From an uncultured Acidobacteriaceae bacterium (lineage in GTDB: Bacteria; Acidobacteriota; Terriglobia; Terriglobales; Acidobacteriaceae): 64,000 nt of DNA. Shown piece after piece: positions 48,901-60,198 of the stretch (positions are counted from its first letter, which is position 1; each line of letters opens with the position of its first letter). The notes below the pieces were generated by a model. That model had not been told where the DNA came from and made no database searches. It was given only the letters and a program-made list of their open reading frames with translations. A program made the translations under genes and the position numbers. The DNA lies in the NCBI GenBank assembly GCA_963786085.1, contig CAWAYO010000031.1, positions 1,465 through 65,464 on the forward strand, in the 5' to 3' direction.

Positions 48901-49711
48901 CAACGCGGGACAGCTGATCCTGCGACACGCGATGAGTCACGGGCTGCAGTTGGACTTAAGCTACACGCTGTCGAACTCAATCGATCTCGGGTCGGACACG
49001 GAGAGAACGAACGAGCTTTACAACCAGGTCGGGGTTTTTCAGCAGGGATCAAGTTTCAGCACGATCATCAACAGCTTCCGCCCGCAGCTCAATCGCGGCG
49101 TGTCCGATTTCGATACGCGGCATCTGATCAGCGGAGACTGGGTTTATCAGCTTCCGTTTGGCCAAGGGCAACGTTTCGCGGGCGGAGCAGGGCATGGATT
49201 GAATGCACTGATCGGAGGCTGGCAGCTATCGGGGTTGAGCCGGTGGAGCAGCGGACTTCCGTTTGGAGTGGTCGAGCCAGCATGGACGACCAACTGGCAG
49301 GTGGAAAGCGGAGTGGTAGCGACCGGGCCAGTGAAGCTCCACAAGCATTTGATCGATGGGGCGCCGAATGTCTTTGCCGATCCGACGGCGCTCAATAATG
49401 GGTTGGCCACGGGGTCGCCACTGCGGCTGCCGTATCCGGGCGAGGCCGGGCAGAGAAATAACTTCCGCGGCGATGGCTTCTTCGACATGGATTCGGGGCT
49501 GACGAAGACATGGAACATCACCGAACGGCAAGGGCTGAAGTTTGCCTGGGAAGTGTTCAACGTGACGAACTCAGTTCGCTTCGACACCACGGTTTCGTCG
49601 AGCACGGGGGCTTCGCTGAATAACGTGGCAACCAGCAACACGCTGGGCGCCTATTCATCGACGCTGACGGTGCCGAGGGTGCAGCAGTTCTCGCTGCGCT
49701 ATTCGTTCTGA
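45947..49711 (+). CDS. TonB-dependent receptor with carboxypeptidase-regulatory-like N-domain
   Basis: RGTITDPSGAIVPGA, LP.EGRN, LDGLDDND, TKSGTNQFHG, terminal LRYSF. Confidence 0.93.
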   Translation: MRLFPRLAALAGFLLCSIVAMGQISFTSVRGTITDPSGAIVPGAKVVLANVANGQTTSQFANEQGEYRFPQLAPGTYLITVSSSGFGTENKKAELLVDQPATVNFSLTIQSSTVTVDVSAQAQTLNDADATIGNALNNATIAALPSEGRNVPDLLSVQPGVLYLGRGADKQSDSRTGSVAGARSDQTNVTLDGLDDNDQTQGYAFTGVLRSTLDSVEEFRVTTTNANADEGRSSGGQVSMVTKSGTNQFHGSVYEYNRNTFTVANDWFNKQAQESQGLPNIPGKLIRNTFGGSLGGPVKKNKLFFFGNYEGQRTAENRQVTRTVPTASFQQGLITYLNNGNVVTLNQAQIAAMDPNCGGNGTCPWGAGVDPNMLALLNQYPAANGSALGDGVNLGSYTFSSPYPGSLNTSIAKLDFTPNDRHHLFIRGNLQKDTQLNVVQFPGQAPSYSYVDNSKGLAAGDTFTISPAIVNDFRYGYIRQGYSNRGIGQGNYTVLRFLDQPTPESRTSVINVPVNNFIDNFTMTKGRHTFSAGVNWRIVHNNRSSDVLSYSAGNTNEYWLVNGGAIAGQSVPGSPQSLDPGGFGFPGVDGGFANSYNIAIGLLTGLVPQTTGSYNYQVSKDGQTGTLLPQGAFLDRHFKANELEYYVQDAWHVFPKLTVTVGLRYTLLQTPFEENGQQLAPTINVHDWFETRAAKAAQGVTDQPDLYFAPSGQSRGLKPYWPAQHLNFAPRFAFAYAANPKTSIRGGFGLYFDHFGEGVVDSFDQLGSFGLTTAVSNPANTYNVDNSPRFTGVHDLPPNACAQPRTITYPYLAPNTADCGFAITWGIDDRLKTPYSEVVDFSVQRQLPGGFLLEADYVGRFGRHLLQQLDLAEPLDLADPKSGTDYFAAGTMLSKLVDINGGNPDAHVPEIPYFEDLFPDAAGGGLSATQNIYTQVWAANRGNETGALYDMDVGCFPGCGGQTGRYYQDQFSSLFAWSSIGSSSYNAGQLILRHAMSHGLQLDLSYTLSNSIDLGSDTERTNELYNQVGVFQQGSSFSTIINSFRPQLNRGVSDFDTRHLISGDWVYQLPFGQGQRFAGGAGHGLNALIGGWQLSGLSRWSSGLPFGVVEPAWTTNWQVESGVVATGPVKLHKHLIDGAPNVFADPTALNNGLATGSPLRLPYPGEAGQRNNFRGDGFFDMDSGLTKTWNITERQGLKFAWEVFNVTNSVRFDTTVSSSTGASLNNVATSNTLGAYSSTLTVPRVQQFSLRYSF

Positions 49712-49790
49712 ACTGGTGTCGCTGAAGAGGCGGCAGGCGAGCAAATAGATTGCAGAGATGGGGCTTCCGGCATTTATGCTTCAGGGCAAG

Positions 49791-51397
49791 ATGCCGGAAA
49801 TGAACGAAACTGCGCGAGGATCGGAGCACGGCGGATATCGCTGGTTCCGGGTTGGCGACCTGAACGCGTTTTTTGCGTTGATGTTCGACAACATGGCGAA
49901 CATGGTGATTCTGGCCGGCATTCTGATCGGCGCGTTTCACTTTCCTAAAGAATTGGTGCTGTATCGCATGGTGCCGGGAACGGCGATGGGCGTGCTGATC
50001 GGCGACCTGACCTATGCCTGGATGGCGGGGCGGCTGGCCCGCCGGACGGGCCGCGACGATGTGACGGCAATGCCGCTGGGGCTGAACGCGCCGAGCGTAT
50101 TCGGCATGTCGTTCGCGGTGATCGGGCCGTCGTTCCTGGCAACGCATGATGCCATGCTGGCGTGGGAGATCGGCATGGCGGTCACAGTTCTCGTCGGCGT
50201 GTTCAAGATTGGGCTTTCATTCTGCGGCAATGCGGTGCGGTCGATTGTGCCGCGGGCGGCGCTGCTGGGCTCGATTGGCGGCGCGGGAATTGCGTTGATT
50301 GGGGTGCTGCCGCTGCTGAAGATCTTTGCCGACCCGATTCCGGGACTACTGGCGCTGAGCCTGCTGCTGGTGACTCTCGTGGGCCGGATGCAGTTGCCGG
50401 GAAGGGTTCCGGGTGCGCTGGCATCGGCGCTGGTGGGCATCGCGGCATATTACGTGCTGCGCATGGCGCATCTCGGCAGCCCGCTGCTTGGCGGTGAGTT
50501 CGTCGAATCTGACTGCTCTGCATCTTTCGCTGCCGTGGCCTTCGCTTGGGTTTCTGGGGGGATTGTCGAAGGCGTGGGGATATCTGCCGATTGCGCTGCC
50601 GTTTGCCCTGTCGACGGTGGTGGGAGGCATCGACAACACGGAGAGCGCGGCGGTGGCGGGCGACGAATATGACACGCGGGCGATTCTGTTGACGGAGGGA
50701 TGCTGCACGCTGGCGGCGGGATTGTGCGGCGGCGTGGTGGAGAGCACGCCGTATATCGGACATCCGGCGTTCAAGTCGATGGGCGCGGGCGCGGGATATG
50801 CGATCCTCACCGGGCTGTTCATCGGGATCGGTGGAATTGTCGGCGTGCTGCCGTTCTTTGTGGACTGGGTTCCGGCGTCGGCGATTGCTCCGATGCTGGT
50901 GTACATCGGGCTGGAAGTGATTGCGCAGGCGTTTCTGGCGAGTCCGCGAAGGCATGCCCTGGCGGTCGCGATTTCGTTGCTGCCGTCGTTTGCCTTTGTG
51001 ATTCGCTCGAGACTGGATCGGTGTTGAGCGCGCTGAATGCGACTGCCGATCAGATTGGCGGGCGAGGTGGGGGTTACGCTGCACACGTTGAGTCTGCTGG
51101 GCAACGGGTTCATCATCACGGCGATTCTGTGGGGCGCGGCGACTGCGGAGTTGATTGACCGGCGGTTTCGAGCGAGCGCGCTTTATCTGATTACGGGGGC
51201 AGTGTTCTGCCTGTTCGGCGATGATTCATTCGCCGACGGCCCGGAGGAACGTTCCTGCTGCCGTGGCGGACTGGCGTCGGCTTTGCCGTGGCATCTGGCG
51301 GCGGCTTACGCGGTGGCGGCCCTCACGATGGCAGTGGCGAGATTTCTCCCGCGAGAGATGCCGCGGAAATTGCAGGACGATGGCGGCGGATGCCTAG
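49791..51397 (+). CDS. NCS2/AzgA-like nucleobase permease (several frameshifts; 3' end approximate)
   Basis: GDLNAFFALMFDN, TAMPLGLNAP, IDNTESAAVAGD, PYIGHPAFK, APMLVYIG; many TM segments. Confidence 0.7.
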
Positions 51398-52123
51398 AGG
51401 TCATCGAAGGAGTGGATTGCGTGGTGATTGCCGTTAGCGTCGACACGGCGCATTGCCGGGGCGGAGGGAAAGCAGGGTGGTCATGCCGGCTTCGCGGGCG
51501 GCGTCGAGCTCGCGGACAGAGTCGGAGATGAAGAGGATCATGGCTGGATCGGCGTCCATGGCAGCGGCGATTTTTTGATAGCTGGCGGATTCGACTTTGG
51601 GGCCGGTGTGGGTGTCGAAGTAGGCGGCGATGAGAGGACGTCAGGTCCCCGGCGCCGGTGAAGCGGAAGAGGTATTTCTGCGCCTCAACGCTGCCGGAGG
51701 AGTAGATGGCGACACGTGCGGCGGGGTGCCAGCGCTCGAGAGCGGCGGGGACATCGGGGAAGACTTCGCTGTGGAGATGGCCCTGTTCGTAGCCCTCTGC
51801 CCATATCTTTCCCTGAATGGATTTGAGAGCGGTAGATTTTCGGTCTTTGTCCATGAGCCAGAGCAGATAGGCGACGCTGGACTGAAGCGCCTCTGCAGGG
51901 TCTTGTGACAGAGTCTGCGAAAGGTAAATGATCGGCGCGCCTGCGGCTCGGTCGATGGCGTTTTCCTGTGCGAGCAGGCGAAGGTCGGCGTCGAGGGAGC
52001 GTTCGCCTGCGTGAGCAAGAGGTAATCTTTCATGCGTCGACGTGCGTAGGGAAAGAGCACGTCGTAGACGAAGCTGACGGGTGAAGTGGTGCCTTCGATG
52101 TCGAGAAGATAGAGGCTGGGCAT
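51394..52123 (-). CDS. mtnC: Enolase-phosphatase E1 (frameshifted)
   Basis: LLDIEGTTSPVSFVYDVLFPY; DRKSTALKSIQGKIW; IYSSGSVEAQK. Confidence 0.9.
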
Positions 52124-52212
52124 TCTCACCACAGGGTACACGGGAAATGCAGAGGCAGTGAACCGACTCAAAGCCAACGGCGGGCTTTGAATCGGGCACC
52201 CGCTCTTGCGTG

Positions 52213-52778
52213 TTAGAGCGAATCTGCACGCGGGGGCCGAAGTATGCGGGGCCGAAGCAGAGGGGCTCGAAGTTGGAGTCGATGCCACTGTGGGTGTAGT
52301 GGGGCGTCCAGCCTGACTTGTCCTGGAACCAGCGGATGGCACGGATTCTGCGGTCGGAGCAAAGGTCGAACCAATGGAGGGTGCCGCGGGGAACGCGAAT
52401 CATGTCTCCGGCTTCGACTTCGATGGCGACGACATCGCCTTCCAGCGGATGGATGTGGAAGATGCCGCGGCCGGCGATGATGAAGCGGACTTCGTCCTCG
52501 TCGTGGGTGTGCTCGGTGCTGAATTTGGCGAGCATGGCGTCGAGACCCGGAGTTTCGGGGTTGACGTCGATGACGTCGGCGGTGGTGTAGTCGCCCTGCG
52601 CCTTCATGGCGTCGATCTCGGCGGCATAGGCGCTGAGGACGGAATCGGCTTCGGCATCAATTCCTACGCGATCGAGCGACCAGCGCTCATAGTCAATTCC
52701 AATCGCAGCCAGAGCGGACGTGATTTCGCGCTCTTCGTCGAGAACGATCCCTTTTGACGGTATGCTTACGGTCGCCAT
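52213..52778 (-). CDS. mtnD: Acireductone dioxygenase (cupin); 3' end approximate
   Basis: F..EHTHDEDEVRF, PRGTLHWFD, IRAIRWFQDKSGW. Confidence 0.9.
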
Positions 52779-52788
52779 GGTTACTATT

Positions 52789-53478
52789 TTAGCGAGTGGC
52801 GGAGAAAGTCGCGAACTGGCGTCGCGCTTCTGTTTCGAAGAGAAACTCCAGGATTTCAACGTGGCGGCGGGCTTCGGCGGTGTCCCGGCCCCAGGTGTAG
52901 AGGCCGTGCTTGCGCAGGAGAATACCGTGGCACTCGGGATGGCGTTGTAGTAGGAGCCGAAGTTCAGCGGAAAGGGCCATGTAGTCTTGCGAATTTTCGA
53001 GGATGGGGACCCACTCCCGATGCTCGTGGGTGGCGATGCCGGCGAGCCCTTTGAGCATTTCGTAGCCTTCGAGCGCCAGTCCTTTGTCGGCTGCCCAGCG
53101 GTCGGAGAGTAGGGTGCCTGCGACGGAATGCGTGTGCAGGACGGCGCCTGCGCCGAGTTCCTGAACGATGACGAGGTGAAGGCTGGTTTCGGCGGACGGG
53201 CGGCCGTCGCCGCGGAGGACGGTTGCATCGCTGTCGATCTCGAGGATGTCCGATGGGGCGAGGGCACCCTTATCGAGGCCGCTCGATGTGATGGCCAGGA
53301 GGAGGGGTGACTCGGAAAGGCGGGTGCTGAAGTTGCCGCTGGTGCCGAAGACCCATCCGCGACGATAGAACTCGCGGCCGATCTCGCAGAGAGTTGCTGC
53401 AGCCTGATCGAATCCGATTTCGGCGGCGCGTGTGGGATGCGATGCGGCAATGGTTTTGGATTGAGAGATCGGTGACAC
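52789..53478 (-). CDS. mtnB: Methylthioribulose-1-phosphate dehydratase
   Basis: GTSGNFS, SGLDKG, PSAETSLH, HTHS, GYEMLKG, HGLYTWG. Confidence 0.93.
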   Translation of the reverse strand: MSPISQSKTIAASHPTRAAEIGFDQAAATLCEIGREFYRRGWVFGTSGNFSTRLSESPLLLAITSSGLDKGALAPSDILEIDSDATVLRGDGRPSAETSLHLVIVQELGAGAVLHTHSVAGTLLSDRWAADKGLALEGYEMLKGLAGIATHEHREWVPILENSQDYMALSAELRLLLQRHPECHGILLRKHGLYTWGRDTAEARRHVEILEFLFETEARRQFATFSATR

Positions 53479-53598
53479 GGTCGTAGTCTACGCTTTACGA
53501 TTTTAGCGGTTTCGCAAAGCGCATCCCATCGATTGCTTGCAACCTGTTACAAAGGTCCGGCAATATCGGTGATCGAGGAATCGGGATGGAGAGGGTCA

Positions 53599-55193
<1,595 letters not shown>

Positions 55194-55224
55194 GCCGGCT
55201 GAACGGCGTCGGCATTGGACCGGT

Positions 55225-55825
55225 CTAGGCTTGACTCGCGGGCCTCTCCGACGGAATGCCGCCGCCTTTCTGAACCTCTTTGAAAAGCCAACGCCTGGCC
55301 TGCATCCAATCGCGTTTGACGGAACGGGGTGAAATGTTGAGGGTGCTGGCAACCTCTTCGATGGACAGGCCGCCGAAATAGCGAAGCTCGACTACCTGGG
55401 CTTGCCTGGGATTGACGGTTTGCAGAGTGCCGAGGGCCTCATCCACCGCCAGGACCTCCTTCGAGCGCTCGGCGAGAAATCGCCAATACATCATCGAGTT
55501 CGACCCGTTGAAGATCGCCGCCACGCATTTCTGCATCGTGATAGCGGGCGTGATCTACCAGAACGCGGCGCATTACGGTGGCCGCAACTGCGATAAAGTG
55601 CTGGCGGTTTTGCCAGTCGATGTCGTCGTGGGCGAGGCGGAGGTAAGCTTCGTTGATGAGAGCCGTCGGCTGCAGGGTATGATCGGCGCGCTCGCGCCGC
55701 ATGTACGACCGGGCCAGCCGGTGAAGCTCGGTATAGACGAGGGGGAGCAGTTTTTCGGCGGCAGCTCCATCGCCACTCTTCATGGCGCGTAGCAGGAGCG
55801 TAACTTCTCCCTCGGTTGCACACAT
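55225..55825 (-). CDS. ECF sigma factor of the kinase-associated type (frameshift near 55470)
   Basis: EVTLLL..GD..A.EKLLPLVY.EL, DHTLQPTALINEAYLRL, VELRYFGGLS.EE.A, VKRDW..AR.WL. Confidence 0.88.
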
Positions 55826-56038
55826 ATTGTCGCCTTACCTATCCGGCAGATGCCTGCCCGAGCGACCATTCTCTCTGGAGTGTTCACAGGTTAGGCCCTT
55901 GCGGTGCGGGCTGCAAGACGGATTTCGCGAGGAGTTCCTGCCGAAATTTGTATCGGGAACTTGCCCCTTTCGACGGATGCATCCGCTTAACAGGGTGTAG
56001 GCGAATGAAAGAAACGCCTCGGAAAGGATGACATCGTC

Positions 56039-56462
56039 ATGAAGCAGATCACAGCACTCGCACTTTTCAGCATCGCGGGCTTTGTTTCGATCGGTCAGGC
56101 AATGGCGCAGGATCATGCCGTCCAGGCGACCATTCCGTTTGAATTCAGGGCCGGAAACAAGGTGCTTCCCGCGGGAACTTACACAATCGCAACCGGGACA
56201 GACAACCTGATTGTGATAACCAACCGCGAGCCAACCAGCCGTGGTCACGGTGGCTCTGCGTGATGGCCGAGAGTCGCGCAAGCAGGAACTGGTCTTTCAC
56301 AAATACGGGGACGAATACGGCGACCGGTATTTCCTGAGCGAAATCCTCTGCCAGTCGGCCGGGATGAACCTGGAACTACCTCCGTCGAAGGTGGAAAAGG
56401 CAACTCGTCAACAGCAGGCCTTCGTTCAGGGGATGAGCCAGGTTTTGATTGCTGCGCGGTAG
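56039..56462 (+). CDS. Small secreted hypothetical protein (frameshift near 56240), paralog of 14156..14548
   Basis: Signal peptide; QATIPFEFRAGNKVLPAGTYTI; LVFHKYGD..YFLSEI. Confidence 0.75.
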
Positions 56463-56481
56463 CAGCCAGGCCAGACCAACC

Positions 56482-56511
56482 AGGAAGCCCGGGGCACTGT
56501 CTCCGGGCTTC
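56482..56511 (+). terminator. Stem-loop after the small secreted gene
   Basis: GGAAGCCCGGGG-CACTGT-CTCCGGGCTTCC, weak U-tract. Confidence 0.45.
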
Positions 56512-56812
56512 CTCACGGAACCTCGGACAATACGTGCCGGTGGGGGAGAGAAATATTGTGACGCCGCAGTGTAACGCTTGGTATAAGCTCAGTGACAATC
56601 TAAACAGCCGCTGGAGGGCGCTCTTTAATTCCTTCTCTCCGGGCAACAGCCAGCCGGAACCCCATTCGGTAGTGGCACTTCGGTCTGTTTCGCTTCTTCC
56701 TGCAAGTAGCGCCGGGATGGACTCGGATACGCCTGCGAATCTGGAGTTATCTGGCCAGGCGCAGCTTCGACACCGGCCTTCCCAGCTCGACAGCTTTGGC
56801 GAAGGGACGACC

Positions 56813-59641
56813 ATGGCTACTCAAGAAGAACTCGCTGAGCAGGTGTTTCTGGCAGTGCAGGCGCTCAAGCCGGCCGAACGCACCAGTGTGCTCGATGAGA
56901 TGTGTGCCGACGATGCCGAGCTGAAACGGCTGGTTGAGGAGAGGCTGGCCGAAGAGGAGGAGATGGGCAGCTTCCTTGAACATCCGCCTCTGAATTTTCT
57001 TGATCAAACCGTGACTGAAGGGGCCGCGGACGCCGAGAAGACGGTGGATGGAGCGCGGACAGCGCAGGGAAGGCTTATAGCCGGGCAGGTTCTTAACGAC
57101 CGATTCGTCATCGTTCGCTTTATCGCAAAGGGCGGAATGGGAGAAGTCTACGAGGCGGAGGACCGGCTCTTGCATGGCCCTCACATTGCACTGAAGACCA
57201 TTCGGCCCGAGAGCGCGGACGATCCGGGATTGCAGCATCGATTCGAGCAGGAGGTGCTGTCGGCCCGGGAGGTGGTACATCCGAACCTTTGTCCGATCTA
57301 TGGTATCGAACGCTGCGGGAAGCCGGCGCCCGGGTTTTTGTTCCTGACGATGAAGCTGCTCCCCGGCGAGACGCTGGCGGCTCGGTTTCAGCGCTCGGGT
57401 CCGGTCCAGAAGGAAGAGGGGCTAGCCATCGTGAGGCAGATGGCCGATGGCCTGGCGGCAATCGAGGCCGCAGGCATCGTTCATCGGGACATCAAGCCGA
57501 ACAACGTGATGCTGGACGGGCTAGGGAGCGAAGTGCGGTTGTGGATCACGGATTTTGGCCTGGCACATGCTCTGGAGGCGGAATTGACTGTCTCGGGCTC
57601 ACGAAGCCTGGTCGCAGGGACGCCGGGATATCTCGCGCCGGAGTTGCTTCAGGGGCATCCGCCGTCGCAGGCGAGCGACCTCTTTGCCTTTGGCGTGGTG
57701 CTGCATCAGGTTTTCACAGGTGAAAAGCCGAGTGTCAAGGAGGATGGTTCCTGTGTGGTTTCGAGTGCAAAGTTGAGCACTTCGGGAACACCGTCATTTT
57801 GTGTCGAGCTGGTAACCGGATGTCTCAACCAGAACCCCGAACGCAGATGCGAGGCCTTTCAGAAGGCTCTGGGAGAACTCGGCCTCAAACGTCGAGAAAA
57901 GAGGACATTTACGCGGCGTCAATTTGCAGGCATGGCTGCGGCAGCTGTTTGTTCATTCGGCGTGGCCGGATGGGTCGAACGAGAGCGGTTGTATGACGCG
58001 TGGCATCCGTTGCCGGCAAAGCGCTTTGTGGCGCTGCTGAACTGGCCGAAAACATCGGATGGACGGGTAGCACCGATGCTGACGGGAGTTCTGAGTGCGA
58101 TCAAGGGAGAGCTGACGCGGCTGGAGGCATTTGACCGGCGTCTTTTTGTGATTTCGCCCGAGGATGCGCAGATTGAGGTGTCTACCACGGCCCATTTGAA
58201 GGAAGTCTGTGACCCGCTGGGCGCGAACCTTGCACTGACGGCCCACGCCGTGCCTGGAGCTAAGTTTTTCGAGCTGTTTTTGCGGTTGGTTGATCCGGTC
58301 ACAAATCGAACAGTTCGGGAGCGAGAGATAAGGTGTCCCCTATCAGAAATAACGTCTTTGCCCGGCAGAGCAGTGGAGGCGTCTGAGAAGTTGCTCGATT
58401 TAGAACGCTATGCAATTCCTGGGCCCGCAACCGACCCGGGAACGCAGTCCACTGCGGCATTCACCGCTTTCCAAATGGCTGAAACTCTGAGGAAGCAGCC
58501 GAGTGACTCCGGGCTCGACGAAGCGATTGAGAAATACAAAGAAGCTGTGGAGTTGGATCCGCATTATGCAATGGCATACGCAGAGTTGGCGATTGCCTAT
58601 TGCCACCTCTATGCGCTGCGGCGTCAGGAGGGTGCTCTGGATCTTGCCCGCGGCAACTACGAGCGAGCGCTAGCGCTAAAACCACGACTCGTTGAGGGCT
58701 ATCTCGCACAAGCATTGCTGTTGGACGAAACCGGACACGAGCAGGAAGCACTTGACGCATTTGCAAGGGCTCTCGCTATCGATCCTTCGAATTCGAAAGC
58801 ACTTATGTGGCAAGCTGAAAGTTTTACTCGTTTGAACCGATGGCAGGATGCAGAACGAACTTTTCAGCGCGTAATCAGGGAGCGGCCCAACTCATGGGTG
58901 GCATACAACCAGTTGGGCTATGCGTTTGACCAGCAAGGAAAGTATCAGGAAGCCATTCGGGCCTTTCGCTCCGCGAGCGTTGCCGCGCCAAAAAATGCGA
59001 TGCCTCTTGGGAATCTGGGTGGTGAATATCTCCAAGTCGGCTCTTTTGCGGAGGCCGTGGAAACCCTGAAGAAGAGTTTGGCTTTGGCGCCTAACGACCT
59101 GGCGGCGGCGAACATCGCGGTTGCTTTGCGCTACCAGGCCAAGTACGAAGAAGCGGTGCCTTATGCCCTCCAAGCTGTAGAACTGAATCCAACCGACGAT
59201 ACTAACTGGTTAGAACTTGGCGATTGCTACTCGTGGTTACGCGACCATCAGAACGATGCGACGCGAGCCTATCAGGAGGCCGAGACGGAGGTAGAACGCC
59301 ATCTTCGCGTAGACAGCACCAACGGCCGAGATTGGATGCGTCTTGCTCTGTATCAAGTTAAGTCAGGTAATCAGCGAAATGCGGCCTCAACGATTGAGAA
59401 GGCTGAATCGCTGGGAGCGGCGGACATGGATTCTCAGCTTTATAAGATGAGGATATTGGAAATACTGGGCAGGCGTGAGGCCGCGTTAGATACGCTGGCG
59501 GGCTGTTTCAAACGGGGAGCTACAGTTCTCCAGGTGCCGCCGGTTCCTGACTTGAGGGGACTGCGAAATGACCCCCGCTTTTTGAAGTTGGTTCCGCCGT
59601 CACAAGTCCCATCCGCCGAGCAACAACTGTCACACGCTTGA
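56813..59641 (+). CDS. Hanks-type Ser/Thr kinase with TM helix and C-terminal TPR domain
   Basis: KGGMGEVY, ALK, HRDIKPNN, DFG, GTPGYLAPE, SDLFAFG; TM; TPRs. Confidence 0.93.
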   Translation: MATQEELAEQVFLAVQALKPAERTSVLDEMCADDAELKRLVEERLAEEEEMGSFLEHPPLNFLDQTVTEGAADAEKTVDGARTAQGRLIAGQVLNDRFVIVRFIAKGGMGEVYEAEDRLLHGPHIALKTIRPESADDPGLQHRFEQEVLSAREVVHPNLCPIYGIERCGKPAPGFLFLTMKLLPGETLAARFQRSGPVQKEEGLAIVRQMADGLAAIEAAGIVHRDIKPNNVMLDGLGSEVRLWITDFGLAHALEAELTVSGSRSLVAGTPGYLAPELLQGHPPSQASDLFAFGVVLHQVFTGEKPSVKEDGSCVVSSAKLSTSGTPSFCVELVTGCLNQNPERRCEAFQKALGELGLKRREKRTFTRRQFAGMAAAAVCSFGVAGWVERERLYDAWHPLPAKRFVALLNWPKTSDGRVAPMLTGVLSAIKGELTRLEAFDRRLFVISPEDAQIEVSTTAHLKEVCDPLGANLALTAHAVPGAKFFELFLRLVDPVTNRTVREREIRCPLSEITSLPGRAVEASEKLLDLERYAIPGPATDPGTQSTAAFTAFQMAETLRKQPSDSGLDEAIEKYKEAVELDPHYAMAYAELAIAYCHLYALRRQEGALDLARGNYERALALKPRLVEGYLAQALLLDETGHEQEALDAFARALAIDPSNSKALMWQAESFTRLNRWQDAERTFQRVIRERPNSWVAYNQLGYAFDQQGKYQEAIRAFRSASVAAPKNAMPLGNLGGEYLQVGSFAEAVETLKKSLALAPNDLAAANIAVALRYQAKYEEAVPYALQAVELNPTDDTNWLELGDCYSWLRDHQNDATRAYQEAETEVERHLRVDSTNGRDWMRLALYQVKSGNQRNAASTIEKAESLGAADMDSQLYKMRILEILGRREAALDTLAGCFKRGATVLQVPPVPDLRGLRNDPRFLKLVPPSQVPSAEQQLSHA

Positions 59642-59830
59642 AGACCGGAAGATCACATGAAATGGCAACTACATTGGACGCCTACAACGCACCGGCAGCT
59701 TAAAGACAGAGCTCCGCCGATTCTCCATTTATCTTGGCCTGCTCCCTAAGCCCGCTCATTGACGCGATGCAGAGTTGATAGGGCGGCAACCCAGCTCTTA
59801 GCAAATGCTCCCCCGGATAGCGAGATAAAC

Positions 59831-60193
59831 ATGACTTCCGACACGACTTATCGCAAACCTATCAGTGCCGTTATTACAGTACCAGATCCGGATAACACCC
59901 CTTGCACGGGACATGCGGAGCAAGGTGGCACTCTAGAGTGGAGAAGCGAAGCACCCAATTACCCTGAGTTCGAAGTAATTTTTGCCGGCACGAACCCCTA
60001 TGACGACAAGATTGACGATGTACTTAGGGGCACGACGACAAAACCGATTGTGGTTCGCCTCGACAAGACCGGGGAATTCACTTACACGGTCAGGCATTAT
60101 CACAAAAATGGCAAACCTTGTGATACGCAGCAATTTGACGTTCATATTCAGCCATGCCCAAAGGGCTGTCCGCCCGTGGGGCTTGGCATCTGA
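59831..60193 (+). CDS. Small orphan protein (120 aa, beta-rich, Cys-containing C-terminus)
   Basis: Clean ORF in a lower-GC stretch; ends QPCPKGCPPVGLGI; no family recognised. Confidence 0.55.
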   Translation: MTSDTTYRKPISAVITVPDPDNTPCTGHAEQGGTLEWRSEAPNYPEFEVIFAGTNPYDDKIDDVLRGTTTKPIVVRLDKTGEFTYTVRHYHKNGKPCDTQQFDVHIQPCPKGCPPVGLGI

Positions 60194-60198
60194 CGGTC

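Noticed and set aside
46406-48940. 844-aa antisense ORF opposite the TonB gene, and many similar antisense ORFs
   Set aside because: Shadow frames expected from high-GC codon bias; no motifs, and they lie fully opposite well-supported genes
51306-53450. 714-aa ORF suggesting an MtnB-MtnD-MtnC fusion
   Set aside because: Its N-terminal part is out of frame with mtnB, and the mtnC start motif is in another frame; the continuity comes from indel errors
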